42,902 nucleotides of DNA from a virus (lineage: Duplodnaviria; Caudoviricetes), in the IMG/VR virus record IMGVR_UViG_3300012952_000034, positions 1 through 42,902 of that record, one strand, 5' to 3'. Below are positions 18,956-27,898 of the stretch, piece after piece (the stretch's first letter is position 1; every line of letters begins with the position of its first letter). Made by a program: the position numbers and the translations under genes. The notes beneath the pieces were generated by a model. It saw only the letters and a program-made list of their open reading frames with translations, was not told the DNA's origin and ran no database searches.

Positions 18956-19088
18956 GGCATGAGCGGCAGACCATGTCGCATCTCCATGTCTTGGAGCCTT
19001 CATATATCGTCTCTCTGTCCACAGCGTACAGGTTAGGCAGCGGATGGGTGGCGCCGCATTTATCGCAAGCGCAGACCATGTCTTCCAT
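18864..19088 (-). CDS. Small zinc-finger-like protein
   Basis: AGGAGGAG RBS before ATG 19088; CDKC...CRSC. The 3' end overlaps the convergent gene. Confidence 0.55.
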   Translation of the reverse strand: MEDMVCACDKCGATHPLPNLYAVDRETIYEGSKTWRCDMVCRSCLTSGEKASASASESKGSSRLRRKHKPPVLP

Positions 19089-19175
19089 CTTTCTCCTCCT
19101 CTGAATGGCGAACCATTCGTCTCGTCGTCTTCCGTTCCTGATGGCTTTCTTGAGCATTCGCTAAGGTTATCATGT

Positions 19176-19607
19176 TCAGTCCCATGGATCTTTAGGGATG
19201 TTCAACAGGTGGAGATGAGCGCGATACTTATGAAGCTCATCAGAGATCATGTCCGCAACGGCTCCCCAGAAGATGAGACCAGTCGGATACTGCTTATTCG
19301 TTCCAGAGTTCTCAACATCCATCCGCTCGACCTGCTTCCTGATGATCTCGCGAAAGATAGCCCGATCATGATCGTTGAGATCATTGGCATGGTCGACATA
19401 AACCTTCCGAGCATCTTCGCGGCTCATCTGTGTCGGGGTCTCGATGTCATACTCTGGATGAGGTCCGCGATTAGTATGGACGGGGCATGTCTCCCATGTA
19501 TCGAAGGCGCTGAGCATCCATCCGCTTCCTCGGCATCGACAGAGCGAGGGGTCTGGGTTGGCGAGATACTTCATTTCGGCGATTGCGTTTCGGTACATGT
19601 CGGACAT
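19176..19607 (-). CDS. Hypothetical protein with a Cys/His motif
   Basis: AAGGAG RBS before ATG 19607; CRCRGSGWMLSAFDTWETCPVH...HPE. Confidence 0.75.
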   Translation of the reverse strand: MSDMYRNAIAEMKYLANPDPSLCRCRGSGWMLSAFDTWETCPVHTNRGPHPEYDIETPTQMSREDARKVYVDHANDLNDHDRAIFREIIRKQVERMDVENSGTNKQYPTGLIFWGAVADMISDELHKYRAHLHLLNIPKDPWD

Positions 19608-19629
19608 TGTTTTCTCCTTGGTTTTACCC

Positions 19630-19652
19630 AAAAAGCCCGCCGAGGGCGGGCT
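19630..19652 (-). terminator. Intrinsic terminator
   Basis: Minus strand AGCCCGCC-CTC-GGCGGGCT-TTTT. Confidence 0.75.
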
Positions 19653-19671
19653 GGTTGTGTTTCCAGTGCGA

Positions 19672-19845
19672 TTAATAATCGCCTCGACGAAGAGCCTTCT
19701 TAGCAGCCTGACGACGCTTGGTCTCGATGGCTTTATTCTGGCGAGCCCTCCGAGCCTTCGCTCCCTTGCCTTTATTATGATTAAGACCCCAGCTTTTCTT
19801 GTCTGCTCCGCTCTTCTTTCCGTAATCGTTTGAACCGTTCTGCAT
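19672..19845 (-). CDS. 57-aa Lys/Arg-rich peptide (below the ORF-track cutoff)
   Basis: MQNGSNDYGKKSGADKKSWGLNHNKGKGAKARRARQNKAIETKRRQAAKKALRRGDY. It has its own regulon promoter, an AACGGAGA RBS and a terminator. Confidence 0.8.
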   Translation of the reverse strand: MQNGSNDYGKKSGADKKSWGLNHNKGKGAKARRARQNKAIETKRRQAAKKALRRGDY

Positions 19846-19878
19846 TTTGTTTCTCCGTTGTTGTTTGCTTACAATTAC

Positions 19879-19906
19879 ATTCTATCACATTCTGCGTTAC
19901 TGTCAA
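19879..19906 (-). promoter_or_regulatory. Regulon promoter with 17-bp operator-like palindrome
   Basis: TTGACA-16-TAGAAT containing TAACGCA-GAA-TGTGATA (19883-19899). Confidence 0.8.
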
Positions 19907-19916
19907 CAAGAAAGAT

Positions 19917-19941
19917 AAAAAAAAAGCCCCGATGAGGGGCT
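19917..19941 (-). terminator. Intrinsic terminator
   Basis: Minus strand AGCCCC-TCATC-GGGGCT followed by a long T run. Confidence 0.8.
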
Positions 19942-19956
19942 GTTCGCTGTGCTGCT

Positions 19957-20220
19957 CTATGGGCGCTCAATAGGATATAAAGCCCAAGCTTCCGACGCGC
20001 CATCTTCCTCCTCTACCTCTGCAAGGCATCGAGCTATGATCTGAATGACAAGACCGTAATAAGATCCGTCTCCTTCTGAAGCGATTTCATAAAGCCCTTC
20101 GATCTCTTTCTTTACAGAGGCGAAAAGGTGAGTGTGATTATAAAACTGATTCACTTTAACCTGCTTCGCTGCTCTGCGATAAGCTGCGACCGCTTCTTCT
20201 CTGGTTACGTTTGGGGTCAT
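19957..20220 (-). CDS. Small hypothetical early-type protein
   Basis: Start placed at ATG 20220 after the AACGGAGA RBS (87 aa). Confidence 0.75.
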   Translation of the reverse strand: MTPNVTREEAVAAYRRAAKQVKVNQFYNHTHLFASVKKEIEGLYEIASEGDGSYYGLVIQIIARCLAEVEEEDGASEAWALYPIERP

Positions 20221-20250
20221 CTTTTCTCCGTTGGTGTTGGTTACATTCTT

Positions 20251-20278
20251 ATGATACCACACAGTGCGTTATTGTCAA
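20251..20278 (-). promoter_or_regulatory. Regulon promoter with 17-bp operator-like palindrome
   Basis: TTGACA-16-TATCAT containing TAACGCA-CTG-TGTGGTA (20255-20271). Confidence 0.8.
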
Positions 20279-20349
20279 AAGAAAAAGATAAATTATTTCC
20301 TATTCGCTCAATAGCGAGCTATTCTGATTTTGGAAAAAGGAGGATCCCC

Positions 20350-20562
20350 ATGTCTGATAAATTAAAATCCCGCAAATTCTGGTTCGCTCTTCTCGGTGCG
20401 ATTCTTCCCATCGTCGCGCAGTACATGTCCGCCGAGGTCGATCTCAATAATGCGATCCAGCTTAGTGTGGGGATCATAGTCGCGTATATCTTCGGTCAGG
20501 GCTATGTGGACGGGAAAGCCGTCGAAGGCGCCGCGCCAGAGGCAAGCGCATCCGAGGAGTAG
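20350..20562 (+). CDS. Putative holin (two transmembrane segments)
   Basis: MSDKLKSRKFWFALLG...IVAYIFGQGYVD, 70 aa, AGGAGG RBS. Confidence 0.65.
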   Translation: MSDKLKSRKFWFALLGAILPIVAQYMSAEVDLNNAIQLSVGIIVAYIFGQGYVDGKAVEGAAPEASASEE

Positions 20563-20565
20563 TGA

Positions 20566-22098
20566 ATGCCGACAGGATCGCTAACGGTTGACAGGGCGAA
20601 CGGTGAGACAGCCGCTTCGCTCAATGCCTTTTTTGTTACGACGGTAAACACTGCCGACGGACAGATGACGACTGAAGAGAAGACATGCGAAGACGGGAAG
20701 ACATTTTCTCAGTCACAGATAGCCGAGATTGACGATATCGCCGCAGGCATTGAAACGCTGGAAGATGTTATCGCTGCTGTGGCTTACATTGCAAAATATA
20801 GAACATGGTGCAACGACTCGGAGCCTGCATCGGATCAAAACAATTACGGAGAAGCTACCGCAAACCCTAATTGGGTCTATAATGACAGAAGCAACGAAGC
20901 CGCCGAAACCATGGTCGGCGCTCTTGAAAAGTGGGAGAACCTTCGCGCAGGGATCAACCTTGTTAACTCTTCGCAGAATGCCAATTGGATCGCAGAGCAA
21001 GTCGTCGAAAACTTCCAGAGAGAGTCGGGTGTCGCTGCTGCTATCTTGATTGATCAGGCAATAGCCTCAAAGAACACGATCAGAGATCTCATTTTTAACA
21101 AGACGACAGGACCGCAAGCGGCTCGATTTCAGAACCAATGGCAGCAAGGGACTGGAATGGTGGTCGGCGGGTCGATGGCTTACAAGACGCTCTCTAACAA
21201 TCCCGTCTTTACCCAGACAGCAATTCCTCCTCTGGCTCTTGGCTTCAATGGCGGGGCTGGTACTCTGAAGGCTCTGGAGACGGCAAGACAGCCCAACATG
21301 GCAAACGTCCAGCCTCTTAGCTACTCAGGTGGCGGAAGGCAGATAAACCCGCTCAGCGGGGGAGGAGGGGTCACTCTACGACAGATGAAAGGAGGAATGT
21401 CGAAAGCTATAGCCAGTCAGGTGAGCTTAGCATCGGCAGGCTCGACAGGATCATTCTGTCGCGGACTGAATTGGGCGAATGGTGGAATGGCTGTTCGGCT
21501 TGGAAACAACCTCCAGCCAAGCTCTCAGCAGTTCGCCTCGATGTCGCTCCCTCTTGCAGCAGGAACAGGAACAACCATAACATGGACCGAGTCTTCGATA
21601 ACTCGCGGAACCTATTCGGGCGCATTTCTTCCGCTTAACGCTTCGGCTTTTGAGGACTTCGCTTCCGTCGGTGTGGTGGGATCCACTTATGGCTGGAGCC
21701 TTGGTGTCTCGACTGGAGCGACAGAGAACTTCGATGGCATCGGTTTCCAACAGTGGAATTGGAGCGAGTCGAAAAGAAGACAGGCAGCTATCGAGATCTT
21801 TGAATATGGATTCCCAGAAGGAACGAAGCCGATAAGGATAACAGGCGGAAGCTCTGGATCTGGGCTCGCCGAGAAGACGGTCGATCTCTCGTCTCAGTTC
21901 AACGGATCAAACCAGAATTTCACGATGCCAGAAGTATACAAAAGCGGCTCCCTCCGAGCCTATTGGAACGGTCAGCGCCTAACCAATGGCGACATAGTCA
22001 TCGAAACGGGGACCGATCCTTCATCAACATTTAGACTGACAATTATCGGAGGATCTGGAGATGTGCTACTTGTAGACTATACACCGCTTACCTCATAA
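20566..22098 (+). CDS. Putative virion structural protein with a C-terminal beta-sandwich module
   Basis: 510 aa, Gly/Ser-rich. The C-terminal NGSNQNF...RAYWNGQRL...GDVLLVDY module is shared with the next gene. Confidence 0.6.
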   Translation: MPTGSLTVDRANGETAASLNAFFVTTVNTADGQMTTEEKTCEDGKTFSQSQIAEIDDIAAGIETLEDVIAAVAYIAKYRTWCNDSEPASDQNNYGEATANPNWVYNDRSNEAAETMVGALEKWENLRAGINLVNSSQNANWIAEQVVENFQRESGVAAAILIDQAIASKNTIRDLIFNKTTGPQAARFQNQWQQGTGMVVGGSMAYKTLSNNPVFTQTAIPPLALGFNGGAGTLKALETARQPNMANVQPLSYSGGGRQINPLSGGGGVTLRQMKGGMSKAIASQVSLASAGSTGSFCRGLNWANGGMAVRLGNNLQPSSQQFASMSLPLAAGTGTTITWTESSITRGTYSGAFLPLNASAFEDFASVGVVGSTYGWSLGVSTGATENFDGIGFQQWNWSESKRRQAAIEIFEYGFPEGTKPIRITGGSSGSGLAEKTVDLSSQFNGSNQNFTMPEVYKSGSLRAYWNGQRLTNGDIVIETGTDPSSTFRLTIIGGSGDVLLVDYTPLTS

Positions 22099-22113
22099 AA
22101 CGGAGCCTCGACC

Positions 22114-24333
22114 ATGGCGTTAACATTTAAGACTACCCAGATCGCAAATGATGCGATAACTGCTCAAAAAATCAAGCTGGACGGAGGAGACTATCACTTC
22201 ACCTCTGGCGCAGAGCTTCGATGGGCAACGGACCCGACGAATGCTGATGACCTCACCCGAAAGAGCTACGTCGACAACCTTGTCGCGGGTCTCAAGTGGA
22301 GGCAGAGCGTCAGGCTTGCAACCACTGCAAACATCACCCTCTCAGGGCTTCAAGGCATAGACGGGGTGACGACTGTCGCTGACGACAGGGTTCTGGTCAA
22401 GAACCAGAGCGCTGGTGAGGAGAACGGTGTCTATCTCGCAAAGGCGGGAGCGTGGGCAAGAACGACCGACATGGACGCAGGTGCGGACTTCCCTTCCGCT
22501 GCTATGTTCGTCCGAGAGGGATCGACCTACCAAGACACCGCTTGGAGTTGTACTAACGACACAAACCCGACGCTCGGAACGACTGCAATTGTTTTTGCTC
22601 AGTTCTCAGGGGGCGGATCTCTTACAGGTGGAAGCGGAGTCACCGTCTCAGGAAACACGATCTCCGTAAATGTCGACAATACCTCCATTGAGGTCAACGG
22701 ATCGGATCAGCTTGCTATCAAAGCCGTCGCTGCTGCGAAGATTACAGGAACCATCGCAAACACTCAGCTTGCAAACAATACAGTCGCTTTCGGCGGCGTT
22801 TCGCTTTCTCTTGGCGGATCAGATGCGACTCCTGCCTTCGATCTGACAGATGCGACGAACTATCCCACCTCTTCTCTGACGGGGACCATAACAGCGGCGC
22901 AATTGGCTGGGGGCATAGGGAACGGAAAGCTTAGCAATAGCGCCATCTCAGTCACCGATGGGACGACCTCCACTGCTGTCTCGCTTGGTGGAACGATCAC
23001 CTACACCGCTGGAGAAGGGATCGACATCACGCAGTCAGGTGGAGAGGTTACTATTGTGGGGGAAACCGCAACCTCGGCAAACATGGGGGTCGCCAAATTT
23101 AACACTGCCTCTTTCGATGTTACCTCTGGAGATGTCACGATCAAGACTGGAGGGGTTACAAACACTCAGCTTGTAAACAGTACGATTTCGGGGAAGTCGC
23201 TTGGTTCAAGCCTTTCAAATCTTTCGATGTCGTCAACCACAAACGGTCTCGCAATGAGCGTCGATTACAACGGCTCTGCCGCTGTCACTTTTGGGCTCGA
23301 TCTCAATGCTCTGGCTACCTCTGCCACCGTAAACGTCGCAGCAGACTCCTTCGCTTTTGTGGATGCTGATGACAATGACACCTATAAGGACACAATCGCA
23401 GACCTTATCTCGGCTGTCGCGGGAACTGGTCTGACCGCTGGGTCTGGTCAGCTTAGCCTGACAGCAAGCACCATCTCAGGAAGAGCGCTCGGGACGAACC
23501 TTCTGTCTCTTTCGGCGACTTCGGGTTCGGGGATCTCTCTCACAGCATACAACGGATCAGCGGCTGTTAGCAATCTGGCTCTCGATATCAACGGAATGAC
23601 GAACGAGGCGACACTGAGTTCGATTAACGATGAAATTGTTCTCTATGACAAGTCGGCAACGGCAAACAAGAAGTCGACAATCAGCGCTCTCGCCAGTGCG
23701 ATCACAGGGACCAATCTGACATACGATGCGACGAATGGGACGATCAAGCTTGACTCTAACACCATATCAGGAAGGGCTCTCGGAACCAATCTCAACACCC
23801 TTGGCGCCGCCGTTGGTGGTGGTATCACAATGACAGCATATAACGGCTCTGCTGCTGTTAACGATATCACTCTGGACGTTAACGGTCTCTCCGCTCCTAC
23901 CTCTCTGGCTGTATCCACAGACGCTATCGCGATTGCGGCAACCAATGACAGCAACGCATCTAAAAAGGTAGCAATTGCGACTCTCGCCACCGCTCAGGCT
24001 GGAACGGGTATATCAGCAACGAATGGACAGTTTTCGATTACTGCTGGAGCTATTGGAATCGCTCAGCTTGGTCTCACTCCTCGCCTTGACACTCCAACCA
24101 CAGACGGGTCGACCAAGGTGTTCAACCTTGTGAACGATCTCGGAAGCGATAGCTATGCTCATCCTGCTTGGGTTATTGCATACGTCAACGGGCAGCGCAT
24201 GAAAGGCTTGACAACTGGAACAGCGACGGATGATTCTGAATACACCGTTTCAAGGGCAGGAACAACCTCTACAGTCACGTTCGGAGCAAACCTCGCAGCG
24301 AGCGACGTTCTTCAGATCCAGTATTTGACTTGA
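22114..24333 (+). CDS. Tail/head fibre protein with internal repeats
   Basis: TRKSYVD...SVRLATTANITLSGLQGIDGV...DRVLVKNQ...ENGVY...AWAR fibre N-terminal domain. Three ~96-aa repeats (TISGxxLG...YNGSAAV) start at 23179, 23467 and 23758. Confidence 0.85.
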   Translation: MALTFKTTQIANDAITAQKIKLDGGDYHFTSGAELRWATDPTNADDLTRKSYVDNLVAGLKWRQSVRLATTANITLSGLQGIDGVTTVADDRVLVKNQSAGEENGVYLAKAGAWARTTDMDAGADFPSAAMFVREGSTYQDTAWSCTNDTNPTLGTTAIVFAQFSGGGSLTGGSGVTVSGNTISVNVDNTSIEVNGSDQLAIKAVAAAKITGTIANTQLANNTVAFGGVSLSLGGSDATPAFDLTDATNYPTSSLTGTITAAQLAGGIGNGKLSNSAISVTDGTTSTAVSLGGTITYTAGEGIDITQSGGEVTIVGETATSANMGVAKFNTASFDVTSGDVTIKTGGVTNTQLVNSTISGKSLGSSLSNLSMSSTTNGLAMSVDYNGSAAVTFGLDLNALATSATVNVAADSFAFVDADDNDTYKDTIADLISAVAGTGLTAGSGQLSLTASTISGRALGTNLLSLSATSGSGISLTAYNGSAAVSNLALDINGMTNEATLSSINDEIVLYDKSATANKKSTISALASAITGTNLTYDATNGTIKLDSNTISGRALGTNLNTLGAAVGGGITMTAYNGSAAVNDITLDVNGLSAPTSLAVSTDAIAIAATNDSNASKKVAIATLATAQAGTGISATNGQFSITAGAIGIAQLGLTPRLDTPTTDGSTKVFNLVNDLGSDSYAHPAWVIAYVNGQRMKGLTTGTATDDSEYTVSRAGTTSTVTFGANLAASDVLQIQYLT

Positions 24334-24357
24334 GATTTTTGACAGGCAAGGCTAAGA

Positions 24358-24382
24358 GGGGACAGGGAACTGTCCCCTTTTT
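24358..24382 (+). terminator. Intrinsic terminator
   Basis: GGGGACAG-GGAA-CTGTCCCC-TTTTT. Confidence 0.85.
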
Positions 24383-24396
24383 ACTTGGAGTATACT

Positions 24397-24732
24397 ATGG
24401 AGCGCTTTTGCGTCGTTGTCATTGACACAGGAAACGGGGAGAGATCTGTTCCCTGCAAAGAGATTATGAAAACCCCTATGGACGGATTCGTTCGCCTTGT
24501 TGGGTGCGAAGGTGTCAAAGAGGACGGAATGCCTGATTTGATAGTCGAAACCTTGACTCTCAGGGAAGAAGCGATCCAGTATTTTGCAGAGGGAAGAAGG
24601 GCAGCAGAGCCAGCGACTCCGACTCTGGTCGAAGACGAAGAGGACGAAGAGGACGACGGAGAATTTGACGGCTTGTATGCTGAAGATCCAGAGCCTCCCA
24701 CAAAGCCTCGGCGCCGACGAAAGAAAAAATAG
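24397..24732 (+). CDS. Hypothetical protein with an acidic tract and basic C-terminus
   Basis: GGAG RBS before ATG 24397; EDEEDEEDDGE...KPRRRRKKK. Confidence 0.65.
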   Translation: MERFCVVVIDTGNGERSVPCKEIMKTPMDGFVRLVGCEGVKEDGMPDLIVETLTLREEAIQYFAEGRRAAEPATPTLVEDEEDEEDDGEFDGLYAEDPEPPTKPRRRRKKK

Positions 24733-24779
24733 AGACTTGCACATTTTGCATTATCAAGGCATAAAATAAGGGGGCGAAA

Positions 24780-25124
24780 ATGAAACTGAATACCTACATG
24801 GCAGCAGCGGCAAAGACAGCGCAGTATCCGACTGAGGGGCTTCTTGGGCTTAGCTATGCGGCTCTTGGTCTCAATGGAGAAGCGGGAGAGGTAGCCGAGA
24901 AGATCAAGAAGCTTATCAGAGACGGACAAGGTGAAGATCCAGAAGAGTTGATCGCTCAAAAGAGAAACGAGATCGCGAAGGAGATCGGAGATGTCCTGTG
25001 GTACGTTTCCGCTATGTGTCGCGAGCTTGGTGTCTCTATGGAAGAGGTCGCTCAGATGAACATTGACAAGCTCCAGAGCAGGCAGAAGCGAAACAAGATC
25101 AAAGGCTCTGGAGACAATCGGTGA
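24780..25124 (+). CDS. mazG: MazG-like nucleoside triphosphate pyrophosphohydrolase
   Basis: LGLNGEAGEVAEKIKK...KEIGDVLWY...NIDKLQSR...GSGDNR. Confidence 0.92.
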   Translation: MKLNTYMAAAAKTAQYPTEGLLGLSYAALGLNGEAGEVAEKIKKLIRDGQGEDPEELIAQKRNEIAKEIGDVLWYVSAMCRELGVSMEEVAQMNIDKLQSRQKRNKIKGSGDNR

Positions 25125-25696
25125 ATGCACAGAAAAAATATATCTTAGACCATCATTATCACTGGAAAGGAGTCCGATGCGGACAGCACAGGAAGGTTTC
25201 TTCTGTGTTTACAAAGACGTTTGTTAGCCAGTTCTCTCGCGTTATCGAGATCGGCGCGAGGAGCGGAGCTTTTTCGATGCTTCTGGCGAGGAGCGGGGTG
25301 AAGGTTCACGCTTACGAGTCGACGAAAGAAAAGTTTAAGGTAAAAGACACGCCGAAAAATTTGAAGCCTGTTTTCAAGGACTGGATATCGGCAGAGGCGG
25401 AGATCTCCAAGCTTATAAAATCAAAAGGTCGAACGCTGGTTCTGTGCAGCGGGACGCGGAAAGAGAAAGAGTTCAGACACTTAGCCCAGCACCTCAAGAC
25501 CGACGATGTAATCATGGTCCACAGCTACGGGGAGGATGCGAAGTCCTATGCTAAGCGTGCAGGGGCTTTAAACTGGCTATACGGGCAGGAAACGAGCTTC
25601 GGCAGTGTAAGGACTACCGTTGAGACTGAAAAGCTCCAGAAGTGGGAATATGACCGTTTTCTGGCAGTGCTTTGGGGATCATTTACGAGAGGTTAA
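25121..25696 (+). CDS. Class I SAM-dependent methyltransferase-like protein
   Basis: VIEIGARSGAFS motif I, VHAYE motif II and LKTDDVIMVHSY. GTGA overlap with mazG. Confidence 0.6.
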   Translation: MNAQKKYILDHHYHWKGVRCGQHRKVSSVFTKTFVSQFSRVIEIGARSGAFSMLLARSGVKVHAYESTKEKFKVKDTPKNLKPVFKDWISAEAEISKLIKSKGRTLVLCSGTRKEKEFRHLAQHLKTDDVIMVHSYGEDAKSYAKRAGALNWLYGQETSFGSVRTTVETEKLQKWEYDRFLAVLWGSFTRG

Positions 25697-25698
25697 TT

Positions 25699-27447
25699 AT
25701 GTCGCGATCAAATTGGAAGGGAACTGCTGGATGGGGAGCCATCGCGGACCCGACTCGCCTTATGTCGGGGAATGTCCTTGTTGCTACAGCGGGAACAACG
25801 GCAACGAACGAAGACTATCTTCTCCAGATTCCAAGCACAGGAGCGACGTTTTCCATCTCAAATTATGCCGTTCGGATCAATTACGCTTTCCCGACCTATG
25901 TCGACAGCACCACAGCCAGCAATATGTCGGTAGGTCTGATCGCGAGATCTGGAGCTTTCGGAACGGATGCAGCAGTCGCAGGGCTAACAGCCCAGACAGG
26001 ATATATCGGAAGGCTTAACAGGGCGACAGGAAAGGCGGAGATCTACAAGCGGAACCAAGTCACAGGAACAGGAGGGGTCGACACTCTCCTTCATTCGGCG
26101 ATTATTCCGACATCGTCCTTCGACTTCGGAGTTCTTCACACCATGGAGTTCAAGTGTGTCGGAGATGCGAGCAACGGGGTAACGCTTGAGCTTTCTGTCG
26201 ATGACACCGTAGCTGTAAGCATCGGAGACACGACGGCAAGTCCTCACACAAGCGGATTCTCTGGAATACAGATACTGAGCGGGACGACATACGCGGACAA
26301 TTTCACCGTCCTCCAGTACACCGCAAGCGGCGCCGCGTCGATTCCCTCTTATTCTGGCTGGGTTCCGACTGATACATATACGACAGCAGATCTCGCGCTA
26401 TGGCTCAAGAGCGATACAGGCATCAGCACAAGGACAGACGGACCAGATCTTCGGGTGTCGCAATGGCAGGATTCAAGCGGAAACAGCAACACGCTTAACC
26501 AAGCATCTTCAAGCGCTGTCCAGCCTACTGTGATCGCAAGCGGAAACTCAGACGGATCGACAGCGATAAACTGCGTCCGCTTTAACTATGCAGACAATCA
26601 GTTCATAAACGCCTCTCCATCGAGCAGCTTGAACATCCACAACACAGGGGACGGGATAACAGCCTTCTTCCTTGTTCGGGCTTTCCAGACGGCAGTGGGG
26701 CAGGCTCAGAATGCAGGCGACGACACCTATGTCGCTCCCTTGTTGAACTATGGGCGCTCTTATGAGCTTTTCTTGAAAGACGATCCTACCCCCGGAACTT
26801 TTCAGCAGAATATGCAGTTCACAAACGACTCAAATTCTCCAAGCTCAAACAATTCGATCTACACCGTCGGACAGTGGGAGATCGTCGGATATGTTAACGG
26901 AGCATCCACGACCTCGGACCAGAGGGGATTCTTTAAGAACGGAACCCAATGGTCGACGACTACTGGCGGATACATCCCATCCAACAAAGACACAGGAAGG
27001 GTCGACTCCGTCGCGACTGTGGTCAGCGGGGGCTCTGGGTATGTGGCATCCTCTGGAGTAGCTACATCAGGCGGAACAGGGACGGGGTTGACAGTAGACA
27101 CCACGACCAACATCGGAGGGAACATAACAGGGGCGACCGTTAACGCTGCGGGTCAAGGGTACACTAACGGAGACACGATAACGATAACGGGAGGCTCGGG
27201 AAGTGCGACCATAACGATCAATGTTAGCCTTCCCTTGGTAGACCTTAGAATAGGGCGCAGAAACGCCGCTCAGTCTCATCTGGCAGGATATGAATACGGG
27301 GCTTTCGACCTTATCGAAGTCGTCCTTCTGGACAAGGCTGCGAGCATAGCAAACAGGCAGAAAATAGAGGGTTATTTCGCTTGGAAGTACGGTCTAACGG
27401 ATGCCCTTCCTGCTTCTCATCCTTACAAAAATTCAGCGCCAACATGA
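25699..27447 (+). CDS. Virion fibre/adhesin with lectin (LamG/ConA-like) domains
   Basis: LALWLKSD...VSQWQDSSGNSN...IEGYFAWKYGL...HPYK, with an inserted SGGSGY...GGTGTGLTV...GQGYTNGDTITI module. GAGG RBS before ATG 25699. Confidence 0.75.
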   Translation: MSRSNWKGTAGWGAIADPTRLMSGNVLVATAGTTATNEDYLLQIPSTGATFSISNYAVRINYAFPTYVDSTTASNMSVGLIARSGAFGTDAAVAGLTAQTGYIGRLNRATGKAEIYKRNQVTGTGGVDTLLHSAIIPTSSFDFGVLHTMEFKCVGDASNGVTLELSVDDTVAVSIGDTTASPHTSGFSGIQILSGTTYADNFTVLQYTASGAASIPSYSGWVPTDTYTTADLALWLKSDTGISTRTDGPDLRVSQWQDSSGNSNTLNQASSSAVQPTVIASGNSDGSTAINCVRFNYADNQFINASPSSSLNIHNTGDGITAFFLVRAFQTAVGQAQNAGDDTYVAPLLNYGRSYELFLKDDPTPGTFQQNMQFTNDSNSPSSNNSIYTVGQWEIVGYVNGASTTSDQRGFFKNGTQWSTTTGGYIPSNKDTGRVDSVATVVSGGSGYVASSGVATSGGTGTGLTVDTTTNIGGNITGATVNAAGQGYTNGDTITITGGSGSATITINVSLPLVDLRIGRRNAAQSHLAGYEYGAFDLIEVVLLDKAASIANRQKIEGYFAWKYGLTDALPASHPYKNSAPT

Positions 27448-27461
27448 GCGGGAGAACAAAA

Positions 27462-27878
27462 ATGGAATGGATCTTATTGGCTGTCGGTATTGGTGTCGGC
27501 GCGGGAGCAGGGACAGGGATCACTCTGTGGTTTAAGAAGAAAGAGCCAGTCGAAGAAGTGGACAACACAGCGACCGAGCAGCAGGAGGTTATCAAGCAGC
27601 TAACAAACCTCGATCTGATCATGCCGATATGCAGTCCTGAGCATCTGTCGAAAGAAGGGAACGACGATTCTCTCTGCCGTTATCTGGCTTGTCTGCAATT
27701 CAGCAGAGGCATAGATTCCCAGACCAGCGGAAGCGAGTGCGAGCAGATCTCCAACATCATGAACAAGAAAAGCATTCTTTCATACTGCAAAGACGAAGCA
27801 AAAAAGGCAGACGTAACCGCTGACGAGTACGAGAAAGATATCAAGGAATGCGTCGAGTTTTTTGACCGAAGGCTATAG
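27462..27878 (+). CDS. Membrane-anchored Cys-rich protein (possible lysis accessory)
   Basis: N-terminal hydrophobic segment followed by six Cys. GGAG RBS before ATG 27462. Confidence 0.6.
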   Translation: MEWILLAVGIGVGAGAGTGITLWFKKKEPVEEVDNTATEQQEVIKQLTNLDLIMPICSPEHLSKEGNDDSLCRYLACLQFSRGIDSQTSGSECEQISNIMNKKSILSYCKDEAKKADVTADEYEKDIKECVEFFDRRL

Positions 27879-27898
27879 GGAGAACGGAAAATCCTCCT

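Noticed and set aside
24381-25130. Long antisense ORFs, for example 249 aa opposite mazG, 248 aa opposite the exonuclease and 219 aa at 19044-19703
   Set aside because: They are shadow frames of well-supported genes on the other strand, with no RBS or recognisable motifs.
22114-27447. Diversity-generating retroelement or fibre-switching invertase
   Set aside because: No reverse transcriptase, adenine-mismatched repeat pair or recombinase was seen. The fibre repeats are old in-frame duplications.
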